From NCBI GenBank assembly GCA_963799685.1, contig CAWCXW010000002.1:46958-110957 (forward strand): a DNA stretch of 64,000 nt, read 5' to 3'. Under the pieces are notes generated by a model, which saw nothing but the letters and a program-made list of their open reading frames with translations, was not told the origin of the DNA and made no database searches. The stretch comes from an uncultured Actinomycetota bacterium (GTDB taxonomy: Bacteria; Actinomycetota; Actinomycetes; Streptomycetales; Streptomycetaceae). Position numbers and translations under genes: made by a program. Position 1 is the first letter of the stretch. Each line of letters starts with the position of its first letter. Positions 9,612-19,121 of the stretch are shown here, one piece after another.

Positions 9612-10085
9612 TCACGTGGGTGGCATAAGTGGCCCGCACGACCACTGCTGGAAGATCAGCCGGGTCTCCACCCGCGCCACCTCGCGGTGGGAGGTGAACT
9701 CGTCCAGCACCAGCCGTTGCAGATCCGCCGTGTCGGTCACGGCCACGTGCACCAGGTAATCATCCGGACCGGTGAGGTGGAACAGCGCGCGGGACTCCGG
9801 CAGCGCACGGATCCGTTCCACGAACGGGCCGATCAGCTCCCGGCGGTGGGGCCGCACCTGTACGGAGAGCAGGGCCTCGAGGGCACGGCCGAGCCGTGCG
9901 GGGTCCAGACGCAACTCGTGCCCCAGGATCACTCCGCTGCGGCGCAGCCGACCCACCCGGTCCAGACAGGTCGACGGCGCAACGCCCACGGCGGCGGCCA
10001 AGTCCCGGTTAGTCATCCGGGCGTCGTTCTGCAGGAGCCGCAGAATGTCCAGGTCCACCGGATCCAGTGCGACGGAATCGACCAT
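9612..10085 (-). CDS. Lrp/AsnC family regulator
   Basis: LDPVDLDILRLLQNDARMTNRDLAAAVGVAPSTCLDRVGRL; LTGPDDYL. Confidence 0.92.
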   Translation of the reverse strand: MVDSVALDPVDLDILRLLQNDARMTNRDLAAAVGVAPSTCLDRVGRLRRSGVILGHELRLDPARLGRALEALLSVQVRPHRRELIGPFVERIRALPESRALFHLTGPDDYLVHVAVTDTADLQRLVLDEFTSHREVARVETRLIFQQWSCGPLMPPT

Positions 10086-10145
10086 GTGCCGAACGTAACA
10101 CGGGCCGTAAACCGTAGGTTCCGGTGGTCGTTCAGCATCCTGACC

Positions 10146-11336
10146 ATGGAGATGACTTCCGCGACCACCCGCTCGCTGGCCACCGAGGCCGTGCACGCCG
10201 GCCGTGAGGACCTCGCGGCCATGGGCCTGCACGCCGCACCCCTGGACCTGTCCACCACTTACCCCTCCCACGACAGCCGTGCCGAGGCCGCCCGGATCGA
10301 CGAGTTCGCCGCGACCGGCGCCCGCCCGGCCGGACCACCGGTCTATTCCCGGCTGGACAACCCCACCGTCGCCCGCTTCGAGGACGCGCTCGCCCGGCTG
10401 GAGGGCACCGAGTCGGCCGTCGCCTTCGCCAGCGGCATGGCGGCCCTGACCGCCGCTGTGCTGGTGCGCTCCGCGGCCGGCCTGAGGCACGTCGTCGCCG
10501 TCCGGCCGCTGTACGGCTGCAGCGACCATCTGCTCAGCAGCGGCCTGCTCGGCACCGAGGTCACCTGGACCGACCCGGGCGGCATCGCCGAGGCCATCCG
10601 CCCCGACACCGGACTGGTCATGGTGGAGACGCCCGCCAACCCCACATTGGCCGAACTCGACCTGCGCGCGGTCGCCGACTCCTGCGGCGAGGTGCCGCTG
10701 CTGGCCGACAACACCTTCGCCACCCCCGTGCTGCAGCGCCCGCACGAACAGGGCGCGCGACTGGTGCTGCACAGCGCCACCAAGTACCTGGGCGGGCACG
10801 GCGACGTGCTCGGCGGGGTCATCGCCTGTGACGAGTCCTTCGCCCGGCAGCTGCGCCAGATCCGCTTCGCCACCGGCGGTGTCCTGCACCCGCTGGCCGG
10901 CTATCTGCTGCTGCGCGGCCTGTCCACGCTTCCGGTAAGGGTGCGTGCCCAGTCGGCGACGGCCGCCGAACTGGCCCGCCGGCTGGCGGAGGACCCCCGC
11001 GTGAGGACTGTGCACTACCCGCGCATCGGCGGCGCGATGGTCGCCTTCGAGGTGGCCGGTGACCCGCACGAGGTGATCTCCGGCGTCGGCCTGATCACCC
11101 CGGCGGTCAGCCTGGGCAGCGTGGACACCCTCATCCAGCACCCCGGCTCCATCAGCCACCGCATCGTCGACGAGAACGACCGGCGCACCGGCGGCATCAG
11201 CGACAAGTTGTTGCGCATGTCGGTCGGCCTGGAGGACGTCGAGGACCTGTGGAACGACCTCGACGCCGCGCTCAGCGGACGCCCGCCACGCGAGACGGCG
11301 ACCGGTGGAACGGACCGGGAGGCGGCCACGCGCTGA
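10146..11336 (+). CDS. Cys/Met metabolism PLP enzyme (methionine gamma-lyase/cystathionine gamma-synthase family)
   Basis: YSRLDNPT, FASGMAA, ETPANPT, DNTFATP, HSATKYLGGHGD, AVSLG. Confidence 0.9.
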   Translation: MEMTSATTRSLATEAVHAGREDLAAMGLHAAPLDLSTTYPSHDSRAEAARIDEFAATGARPAGPPVYSRLDNPTVARFEDALARLEGTESAVAFASGMAALTAAVLVRSAAGLRHVVAVRPLYGCSDHLLSSGLLGTEVTWTDPGGIAEAIRPDTGLVMVETPANPTLAELDLRAVADSCGEVPLLADNTFATPVLQRPHEQGARLVLHSATKYLGGHGDVLGGVIACDESFARQLRQIRFATGGVLHPLAGYLLLRGLSTLPVRVRAQSATAAELARRLAEDPRVRTVHYPRIGGAMVAFEVAGDPHEVISGVGLITPAVSLGSVDTLIQHPGSISHRIVDENDRRTGGISDKLLRMSVGLEDVEDLWNDLDAALSGRPPRETATGGTDREAATR

Positions 11337-11816
11337 CGACGACGGCGTCCGTCTCCCGCCGTACGCTGACCGGCACCCCGAGCGAGCGCATCACGGCTGC
11401 CGCAGCACCGGGGGTGCCCGGCGGCGTCACCGCGTACAGCCGGACGTGGCCGCAGGTGGTGGCCAACGCGGCCAGTCGGCGCAGCAGGGCCGAGCCGACA
11501 CCCCGGCGCTGCCAGTCGTCCGGTACCAGAAGGCGACCTCGGCCTCCTCCGGTTCGTCCCACAACAGGTGCCCCAGCCCGATCAGCGCACCCTCCCGGGC
11601 TCGGGCGGCCAGCGTGTGCCCGTGGCGTGGGGCGAGCAGGTGGGGCAGATGCCCGTCGGCCTGGCCGGGCGGACCGAAGTACCGACTGGCCAGGGTGCGT
11701 TCCGAGCACCGTCGGTGCAGCGCGCGGGCCTCTTTCAGGCCGTCGGGGCCCAGGGGGCTCGGCGCGAATGCGGGATCGGCGGTTAACGGACCGGTCCGCC
11801 CGGGTGCGGCAGTCAT
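11272..11816 (-). CDS. GNAT family N-acetyltransferase, frameshift near 11530
   Basis: ORF 11427-11816 (LHRRCSERTLASRYFG...AEVAF) continues in another frame as LVPDDWQRRGVGSALL, the acetyl-CoA motif. Confidence 0.7.
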
Positions 11817-11823
11817 CCGGTCC

Positions 11824-12336
11824 TCACTCCCGCACCAGCCGGCGCAGCACCGCGCCGCAGCGTCGGGCGTAGGACCGCTGCATCAGCGGCACGACGGGCC
11901 CGGCCAGCCGTGTCCACCACACGGCAGGCCGACTGAAGGCGATCACGGTCAGCCAGACGCTGTCGTCGTCCTCCAGGTCGACCAGGAAGGCCTCCTCGCC
12001 GGACTCAGGGTGACCGGCCAGCGTCCCGTAGACGAAGCCGCGCCGCCGTTCCCCGGCCAGGTCGGCGATCACCCGGCACGGTGCGTGCAGCCGCAGCGGC
12101 CCCGCGCCGAGCCCGACGACCACCCGGGCTCCCGGCTCCGCGCGCGGCGCCTCGGCGTCCATGACGACACCCATGGCCCGGTGCATCCGCCACTCGCTCA
12201 CCGCACGGGCCGCCGCGTCGAAGACTGCCGCCCCGTCGCCGATCCGGGTGCGTATCCGCAGCCCCCGGAATCCGGCGGGCGGCGGGCCCGCCTCCAGCAC
12301 GGTGCCCACCTCGATGTACGTGAAGTCCCCATCCAC
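11824..12336 (-). CDS. DUF1990 family protein
   Basis: FTYIEVG, WRMHRAMG, APCRVI, GFVYGTLAGHPESGEEAF, AFSRPA. Confidence 0.85.
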   Translation of the reverse strand: MDGDFTYIEVGTVLEAGPPPAGFRGLRIRTRIGDGAAVFDAAARAVSEWRMHRAMGVVMDAEAPRAEPGARVVVGLGAGPLRLHAPCRVIADLAGERRRGFVYGTLAGHPESGEEAFLVDLEDDDSVWLTVIAFSRPAVWWTRLAGPVVPLMQRSYARRCGAVLRRLVRE

Positions 12337-12425
12337 ACCGGCAGTATTGCGCAACCCCGTGGCGCCGGACGAGGCGGCCCGGCTCAGCCCCGCGGCGATC
12401 GGTTTGCGCCGGGTGACTGACCGGC

Positions 12426-13187
12426 TCACAGGCCGCCGGCCACCCGCAGTACCGCGCCGGTGGTGTAGGACGCCTCGGCGGAGAGCAGCCAGGCCACCGC
12501 CCCGGCGATCTCCTGCGGCTCGCCGGGCCGCCGCAGCGGGGTGACCTCCGCCTTCCGCCACGCCCGGTCCGGGTCGCCCATCGTGGCGTGTATGTCGGTG
12601 AGCACCGAACCCGGCTGGACCGCGTTCACCCGCACGCCCTCGGGGCCGAGCTCCTTGGCCAGACCGACGGTCATCGCGTCGACCGCTGCCTTGGACGCCG
12701 CGTAGTGCACGTACTCGCCCGGGCTGCCCAGCGTCGCCGCGCCCGAGGAGATGCTCACGATGGCGCCGCCCCGGCCGCCGTGCCTCCTGGACATCTCCAG
12801 CGCGGCCCGCCGCGCACACAGCAGGGTCCCGGTCACGTTCACCTCCACCACCCGGCGCATCACCTCCGCGGGCGTCTCGGTGAAGGCGCCCAGCGGGCCG
12901 GTCACTCCGGCGTTGGCGACGAGTCCGGTCACCGGGCCCAGCTGGTCCCGGACGGTGCCGAACAGCGCGTCGACCTGCCCTTCCGAGCTGGTGTCCAGCT
13001 GCACGACCACCGCGTCCACGCCCGCCGCCCGCACGGCCTCCGCCGTCGCCTCAGCAGCCTCCCGTGCCCGCTCGTAGCCGATGCCGATACTGTGCCCGTC
13101 GCGCGCCAGCCGCAGCGCCGTCGCCGCGCCGATGCCGCGGCTCCCGCCCGTGACGATCGTGACCGGGCGCTCCGGGTGGTCCGCCAT
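12426..13187 (-). CDS. SDR family oxidoreductase
   Basis: TGGSRGIG, NAG, YAASK. Confidence 0.92.
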   Translation of the reverse strand: MADHPERPVTIVTGGSRGIGAATALRLARDGHSIGIGYERAREAAEATAEAVRAAGVDAVVVQLDTSSEGQVDALFGTVRDQLGPVTGLVANAGVTGPLGAFTETPAEVMRRVVEVNVTGTLLCARRAALEMSRRHGGRGGAIVSISSGAATLGSPGEYVHYAASKAAVDAMTVGLAKELGPEGVRVNAVQPGSVLTDIHATMGDPDRAWRKAEVTPLRRPGEPQEIAGAVAWLLSAEASYTTGAVLRVAGGL

Positions 13188-13202
13188 GCCCTTCTCCCTC
13201 TG

Positions 13203-13218
13203 ATTGGTCTTGACCAAC
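13203..13218. promoter_or_regulatory. DasR/HutC-type (dre-like) operator
   Basis: ATTGGTCTTGACCAAC, near-palindromic and close to dre consensus A(G/C)TGGTCTAGACCA(G/C)T; between divergent SDR and GntR genes. Confidence 0.6.
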
Positions 13219-13312
13219 GGGCGCCCTCACCCTACTGTCGCAGGCATACGCAACAACCTTTCATAAATACCCCCTCGCCCAACTGCGAGGGTGCGGCCAC
13301 GCGGAGGCAAGG

Positions 13313-14056
13313 GTGGGGACGACGCAGCTCCAGACGGCGCCGGAGCCGAAGTACTGGCATCTGAAGACCGTGCTCTCCGAGGCACTGGAGACCGAGTTCA
13401 CGGTCGGCCAGATCCTGCCCAACGAACGGGCGCTGGCGGCCCGGTTCGGTGTGGCCCGCGCGACGCTCCGTCAGGCTCTCGAACAGCTGGAGCTGGAGGG
13501 CAGGCTGCAGCGCCGGCGCGGGGTGGGCACCACCGTCGCCCCGCCCCGGGTCGGGGTCGACCTGGAGCCGCGGCGGAACAGCTGGCCGGGCTCCCCGGAC
13601 GACGTCTGGCGCACCGAGACCTGCGAGGACGGCGAACCGCCCGCCGCCGTCCGTCGGCTGCTGGCTGTGGACGAGGGGCAGCAGGTGCACGTGCTGCGCC
13701 GGAGCCGCAACACCCACGGACAGGCGGTCGCCACCGAACTGCTCTACGTGCCCGCGGCCTCCGTGCCCGACCTGCCGGCTGAAGCGGACCCGGACGCCGA
13801 GGCGTTGGCCGGCCGTGTACTGCACGCCCTGCACCGGCTGACTCTGCAGGGGCAGGACCGTGCCGTCGAACTGGGCTCCGCCCGCGCAGACGACGCCCGT
13901 TTGCTGGACCGGCTGCCCGGAGCCCCGGTTCTGGTGGTCACCACCCGGTACGCCGCCGAGGGGCGCACCGCGGCCGTCGCCGTGGCCACCTACCGCGCCG
14001 ACACCTGCCGTCTCACCTTCTCCGACGCCCCCGAGCTCTCGCTCCCGGCTGCCTGA
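13313..14056 (+). CDS. GntR (HutC/UTRA) family regulator
   Basis: LPNERALAARFGVARATLRQAL...RRRGVGT wHTH plus UTRA-like C-terminus. Confidence 0.9.
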   Translation: MGTTQLQTAPEPKYWHLKTVLSEALETEFTVGQILPNERALAARFGVARATLRQALEQLELEGRLQRRRGVGTTVAPPRVGVDLEPRRNSWPGSPDDVWRTETCEDGEPPAAVRRLLAVDEGQQVHVLRRSRNTHGQAVATELLYVPAASVPDLPAEADPDAEALAGRVLHALHRLTLQGQDRAVELGSARADDARLLDRLPGAPVLVVTTRYAAEGRTAAVAVATYRADTCRLTFSDAPELSLPAA

Positions 14057-14071
14057 CCTGCGGCCGGCAGG

Positions 14072-15235
14072 TCAGGCGGGGGAGGAACCGAGAGGCTCCA
14101 GGGCGAACAGCTCCTCCTCGGCCCGGTCCAGCGCCAGCCGCAACGCCCCGGTGGCCACTGCCGCCTCGCCCAGCGCGGAGAGCACCACCTGCGGTGGCCG
14201 CAGGCAGTAGCGTGACAGCTCGCCGCGCAGCGGCTCCAGCAGGCCGTCCAGGCCCGACGCCCAGCCGCCGATCACCACCAACTCCGGATCCAGCGCCAGT
14301 ACCAGCGCGGCGACGTCGTGCACCAGCCGCTGCACGAACCGTTCCACGGCGAGCCGCGCGCCCGGGTCGCCGGTCCTGGCAAGGGCGAACACCCGCGCCA
14401 CCGCCGACTCGTCCAGCGGGTGCAGCGGCTCTCCGGTGGTGGACAGCAGATGTTCCGGCGTCGCCTCACGACCCAGCAGATGCAGAGCGCCGATCTCCCC
14501 GGCCGCCCCGCCGAAACCGCGGTGCAGCCGCCCCCCGATCAGCGACCCTGCACCGGGGCTGAGCCCGGCCAGCACGAACACCACGTCCGCGGAGTCGACC
14601 GCCGCGCCCCGCCAGTGCTCGGCGACCGCGGCCGCGTTCGCGTCGTTCTCCACCAGTACGGGGCAGTGGAACGAACGCCGAAGTCGCTCACCCAGTTCCA
14701 GCCCGGTCCAGTCCGGCAACGCCGTGCCCAGCCGCACGGTGCCGCCGGCCTCGACGATTCCGGGGCTGCCCACACCGACCGCGCGGAGGCTGTCGCGGGG
14801 GACGCCGCAGCGTCGCAGCGACTCGGTGACCAGGGACCGGACCCGCTCCAGGCGCTCTTCCGCGCCCGCGTCCTCCTTGACGTCCCTGGCCAGCGCGCCC
14901 AGCTGCCGCCCCGACAGGTCCGCCACGACGGCCGAGACCCGGTGCGCGCCGATCTCCATACCCAGCAGGTGCCCGGCCTCCGCGCGGAACTTGAACCGCC
15001 GGGCCGGTCTGCCGCGGCGGGTGTCCGCCGCGCCCGCGGTCGCCTCGGTGGCCAGACCGGCCCCGGCCAGCCCCTCCACGACGCCTTCCACTGTGGGCCG
15101 CGACAGTCCGGTCTTCCGCACCAGGTCGGTGAGGGTCAGCGCGGCCGGCTCCCCGGTCCCGCGCAGGGCGCGCAGTACGACAGCGGAGTTGATCCGTCGC
15201 AGCAGGGACGGATCCCCGCCGCTCAGCCTGGCCAA
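14072..15235 (-). CDS. ROK family transcriptional regulator
   Basis: N-terminal HTH (GLSRPTV, RRGRP), VENDANAAAVAE, GAAGEIG. Confidence 0.9.
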   Translation of the reverse strand: MARLSGGDPSLLRRINSAVVLRALRGTGEPAALTLTDLVRKTGLSRPTVEGVVEGLAGAGLATEATAGAADTRRGRPARRFKFRAEAGHLLGMEIGAHRVSAVVADLSGRQLGALARDVKEDAGAEERLERVRSLVTESLRRCGVPRDSLRAVGVGSPGIVEAGGTVRLGTALPDWTGLELGERLRRSFHCPVLVENDANAAAVAEHWRGAAVDSADVVFVLAGLSPGAGSLIGGRLHRGFGGAAGEIGALHLLGREATPEHLLSTTGEPLHPLDESAVARVFALARTGDPGARLAVERFVQRLVHDVAALVLALDPELVVIGGWASGLDGLLEPLRGELSRYCLRPPQVVLSALGEAAVATGALRLALDRAEEELFALEPLGSSPA

Positions 15236-15283
15236 CGTCCCCTCCTGACCCCGTACCCGTGCGCCCCGTGGCGTGGGCAGATC

Positions 15284-15847
15284 CTAGTGCGGCGGTCCGG
15301 CGTTCGTCTTGCTCGTCTGCTTCAGGCGGCCGAACTCCTCAGCCATCCCCTGCAGGGTCCAGTGTGCGTTCAGGCCGCTCGGGTTCGGCAGCACCCAGAT
15401 CAGGGTGCCGCCGATGGCGGCCTCCTGTGGTCCCACCGCAGCACGGCGGTCGCCGAAAGCCTCCCGGTACGCGGTCACTCCGACCACCGCCAGCCAGCGC
15501 GGCCGCCGCCGCTGCACCTTGGCCCGCAGAAGTTCGCCGCCGGCCTCGTACTCCTCCCGCGTCAGCTCGTCCGCACGGGCGCTGGCCCGTGCCACCACGT
15601 TGGTGATGCCGAGTCCCAGCGTCAGCAGTTCGCCTTCCTCCCACGGCCGCAGCAGGCGGGGGGTGAAGCCGCATGCGTGCAGTACGGGCCAGAACCGGTT
15701 GCCCGGACGGGCGAAGTGGTGTCCGGTCGCCGCCGAGTAGAGGCCCGGATTGATGCCGCAGAACAGCACATCGAGCCGGTCCGCGACGACGTCGGGCACC
15801 AGCAGGTCGCGGGCGGCTTCCAGTTCGGCGCGGGACGGCCGCTTCAG
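15284..15847 (-). CDS. mug: G/U mismatch-specific DNA glycosylase (start approximate)
   Basis: LFCGINPG, HFARPGNRFW, VLPNPSGLNA. Confidence 0.9.
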   Translation of the reverse strand: MKRPSRAELEAARDLLVPDVVADRLDVLFCGINPGLYSAATGHHFARPGNRFWPVLHACGFTPRLLRPWEEGELLTLGLGITNVVARASARADELTREEYEAGGELLRAKVQRRRPRWLAVVGVTAYREAFGDRRAAVGPQEAAIGGTLIWVLPNPSGLNAHWTLQGMAEEFGRLKQTSKTNAGPPH

Positions 15848-17274
15848 AGGATCGACCCCGGGGTGTACCCGGCCGCCTGCGGGTGCTCCTTGGCGATCTC
15901 CTCGATCCGGGCCACCACAGTCGCGACCTGGCCGGCGGCGTCGCCGGTGAAGGAGAGCCGGTCCGCCATCAGGACGTCCAGCCCCGCCCGGTCCAGCGGG
16001 ATCCGCTCGTCGGCGGCCAGGCGGTCCAGCAGTTCGTTGCGCTCGGCGCCCTCTCGCAGAGCCAGCGCGGAGGCGACCGCGTGCGCCTTGATCGCCTCGT
16101 GTGCCGTCTCCCGGCCGACCCCGGCCCGTACGGACGCCATCAGCACCTTCGTCGTGGCCAGGAACGGGAGGTACCTGTCCAGTTCGCGGGCGACGACGGC
16201 CGGGAAGGCGCCGAACTCCTCCAGCACGGTCAGGAAAGTCTCCAGCAGCCCGTCGAAGGCGAAGAACGCGTCCGGCAGCGCCACCCGGCGTACCACCGAG
16301 CAGGAGACGTCGCCCTCGTTCCACTGGTCGCCGGCCAGCTCGCCTGCCATCGAGGCGTAGCCCCGCAGCACCACCGCCAGCCCGTTCACCCGCTCGCAGG
16401 AGCGGGTGTTCATCTTGTGCGGCATCGCGGAGGAGCCGACCTGGCCCTCCCTGAACCCCTCGGTGACCAGTTCCTGCCCGGCCATCAGCCGGATGGTCCT
16501 CGCCATGGAGGCGGGCGCGGCGGCCAGCTGCACCAGCGTGGTGACGACCTCGTAGTCCAGCGAGCGGGGGTAGACCTGGCCGACCGAGGTCAGCGCGCGG
16601 GAGAAGCCCAGGTGCGCGGCGATCCGAGACTCCAGCTCCGCCAGCTGCGCGGTATCGCCGCCCATCAGGTCGAGCATGTCCTGCGAGGTGCCCACCGGGC
16701 CCTTGATCCCGCGCAGCGGGTAGCGCTCCAGCAGCGCGGTCAGCCGGTCGTAACCGGCCAGCAGCTCGTCGGCCGCCGTAGCGAATCGCTTGCCCAAGGT
16801 GGTCGCCTGCGCTGCGACGTTGTGCGACCGGCCGGTCATCACCAGCTCCGCGTGCCGGGCGGCCAGTGAGCCGAGATGGGTCAACAGCGCGACCGTGCGG
16901 TCCCGGACGATCTCCAGCGACAGCCGGATCTGCAGCTGCTCCACGTTCTCCGTCAGGTCGCGGGAAGTCATGCCCTTGTGGATCTGCTCGTGTCCGGCCA
17001 GGGCGTTGAACTCCTCGATGCGGGCCTTCACGTCGTGCCGCGTGACCTTCTCGCGCTCCGCGATGGAGGCCAGGTCTACCCGCTCGAGCACCCGCTCGTA
17101 GTCCGCGAGCGCCTGCTCGGGCACCTGCACGCCCAGATCCCGCTGCGCGGCCAGCACGGCCAGCCACAGCCGCCGCTCCAGGACGACCTTGTTCTCGGGG
17201 GACCACACGGCGGTCAGCTCCGCCGAGGCATAGCGGCCGGCCAGGACGTTCGGGATGCGCGGCTTGTCTGTCAC
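15844..17274 (-). CDS. purB: Adenylosuccinate lyase
   Basis: TRHDVKA, HKGMTSRD, GSSAMPHKMN lyase signature. Confidence 0.96.
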   Translation of the reverse strand: MTDKPRIPNVLAGRYASAELTAVWSPENKVVLERRLWLAVLAAQRDLGVQVPEQALADYERVLERVDLASIAEREKVTRHDVKARIEEFNALAGHEQIHKGMTSRDLTENVEQLQIRLSLEIVRDRTVALLTHLGSLAARHAELVMTGRSHNVAAQATTLGKRFATAADELLAGYDRLTALLERYPLRGIKGPVGTSQDMLDLMGGDTAQLAELESRIAAHLGFSRALTSVGQVYPRSLDYEVVTTLVQLAAAPASMARTIRLMAGQELVTEGFREGQVGSSAMPHKMNTRSCERVNGLAVVLRGYASMAGELAGDQWNEGDVSCSVVRRVALPDAFFAFDGLLETFLTVLEEFGAFPAVVARELDRYLPFLATTKVLMASVRAGVGRETAHEAIKAHAVASALALREGAERNELLDRLAADERIPLDRAGLDVLMADRLSFTGDAAGQVATVVARIEEIAKEHPQAAGYTPGSIL

Positions 17275-17284
17275 ACCGGGAATT

Positions 17285-18076
17285 CTACGGGGTGTCCTGG
17301 CCGGTCAGCGGGGTCAGGTCCGGCCGTTTGGGCACCAGCCCGTCCCCGGAGGAGCGGCCGGTCAGCCTGCGTCCGATCCACGGCACCAGATGTTCTCGCG
17401 TGAAACGCAGATCCGCAGCGCGCCGCGCGGTCCAGGGCAGGGGAGCCCCTGGCGGCAGCGGCGTGTTCCATTCGGCCGCCGCGGTCCGGCCGAGTCGCTG
17501 CCACACCGCCTCGGCCACCCTGCGGTGCCCCTCCGCGGTCAGGTGCAGCCGGTCGTCCGCCCACATCCGCTGATCCCCCAGCGCCTCGGAGGAGAACAGG
17601 TCGACCACGAGCGCACCGTGCCGCTCGGCCAGAGCGTCGATGAAGTCGAACAGCTCCTCCATCCGCGGCCGCACCCGCTCCAGCACCGGTCCGCGCCGGC
17701 CCGGACTGCGCATCAGCACGACCTGCCTGCAGTGCGGGGTCAGCTCGGTGACCGACTGCTCCAGGAGTTCGCACACCGCCGCCACGTCGCACTTCGGACG
17801 CAGCACGTCGTTCAGGCCACCGACCAGGGTGACCAGATCCGGGGCCATTGCGCAGGCCGCCGCCACCTGCTCGTCGGCGATCTGCCGGATCAGCTTGCCC
17901 CGTACCGCGAGGTTGGCGTAGCGGAAGCCGTCCTCCCCCTCGCTCAGCCGGGCGGCCAGCAGGTCCGCCCAGCCGCGGTAGGCGCCGTTCGGCAGCAGGT
18001 CCGACATGCCCTCGGTGAAGGAGTCGCCCAGTGCGACGAAGCTGCTGATGCGGGAGGCGGGAGAAGCGGTGTCCAT
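17285..18076 (-). CDS. SGNH/GDSL hydrolase
   Basis: ALGDSFTEG, NLAVRG, GGLND, DRLHL blocks. Confidence 0.9.
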   Translation of the reverse strand: MDTASPASRISSFVALGDSFTEGMSDLLPNGAYRGWADLLAARLSEGEDGFRYANLAVRGKLIRQIADEQVAAACAMAPDLVTLVGGLNDVLRPKCDVAAVCELLEQSVTELTPHCRQVVLMRSPGRRGPVLERVRPRMEELFDFIDALAERHGALVVDLFSSEALGDQRMWADDRLHLTAEGHRRVAEAVWQRLGRTAAAEWNTPLPPGAPLPWTARRAADLRFTREHLVPWIGRRLTGRSSGDGLVPKRPDLTPLTGQDTP

Positions 18077-18104
18077 GGCTACCACAGACTACCGGTTGCC
18101 CCGG

Positions 18105-19121
18105 TCAACCAGTCTTCAGCCCCAGGAGTTCGCGCAGCAGGTCCTCCATCGTCACCAGGCTTTGCGCCCGGCCGCCGCCGTCCAGCACCGCCGCCAGATG
18201 GGTGCGGCTGGAGCGCATTGCGGACAGGACGTCGTCCAGCGGCATCGACGAGCGCACCAGTGCGATTCGCCGCATCGCGGACATCGGGAACGGTTCGCCG
18301 CGCGGCATGGCGTCCAGCGCGTCCTTGACGTGCAGGTATCCCAGTGCGTGGCCGTCGCCGTCCACCACCGGGAACCGGGAGAAGCCCGAGCTCGCCGACA
18401 GCTGCTCCAGCTCCTCCGGCGTGACTCCCAGCCGCGCCGCGACCACCCGCTCCAGCGGGCGTGCCACCTCCGCGACCGGGCGGCGGCCCAGCTCCAGGGT
18501 CTCCCGCAGCCGACCGGTCGACCGGTCGTCCAGCAGGCCCGCCGCGCCGGCGTCGGCGACCATCCGGGACAGCTCGTCGTCGGAGAAGGTCGACTCCACC
18601 TCGCTGCGTGGTTCCACCCGGATCAGCCTCAACAGGCCGTTCGCGAGGGAGTTCACCGCGAAGATGACCGGGCGCAGCGCCCGGGACATGGCCACCAGAG
18701 GCGGCCCGAACACCAGGGCGGTACGTTCAGGCGCTGCCAGCGCGACGTTCTTGGGCACCATCTCGCCGAACAGCATGTGCAGATACGTGGCCAGGGTCAG
18801 CGAGATCACGAACGAGACGGGGCGCGCGACGCCGTCGGAGACCCCTGCCGCGTGGAAGGCCGGACGCAGTAGATGCGTGATCGCCGGCTCGGCGACCACG
18901 CCGAGGACCAGGGTGCACAGCGTGATTCCCAGTTGCGCCGCGGCGAGCAGTGCCGCGACGTGCTCCAGGCCCCACAGCACGCTCCGGGCCCGGCGCTCGC
19001 CCGCCTCGGCGCGCGGTTCGATCTGGCTGCGCCGCACCGCGATCAGTGAGAACTCGCCGCCGACGAAGAACGCGTTGCCGACCAGCGTCAGCAGGCCGAT
19101 GAGCAGCTGCAGCGCGGTCAC
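18105..19121 (-). CDS. Hemolysin/CNNM (DUF21-CBS) family protein
   Basis: NAFFVGGEFS, AQLGIT, GEMVPKN, FSRFPV, VTMEDLL. Confidence 0.9.
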   Translation of the reverse strand: MTALQLLIGLLTLVGNAFFVGGEFSLIAVRRSQIEPRAEAGERRARSVLWGLEHVAALLAAAQLGITLCTLVLGVVAEPAITHLLRPAFHAAGVSDGVARPVSFVISLTLATYLHMLFGEMVPKNVALAAPERTALVFGPPLVAMSRALRPVIFAVNSLANGLLRLIRVEPRSEVESTFSDDELSRMVADAGAAGLLDDRSTGRLRETLELGRRPVAEVARPLERVVAARLGVTPEELEQLSASSGFSRFPVVDGDGHALGYLHVKDALDAMPRGEPFPMSAMRRIALVRSSMPLDDVLSAMRSSRTHLAAVLDGGGRAQSLVTMEDLLRELLGLKTG

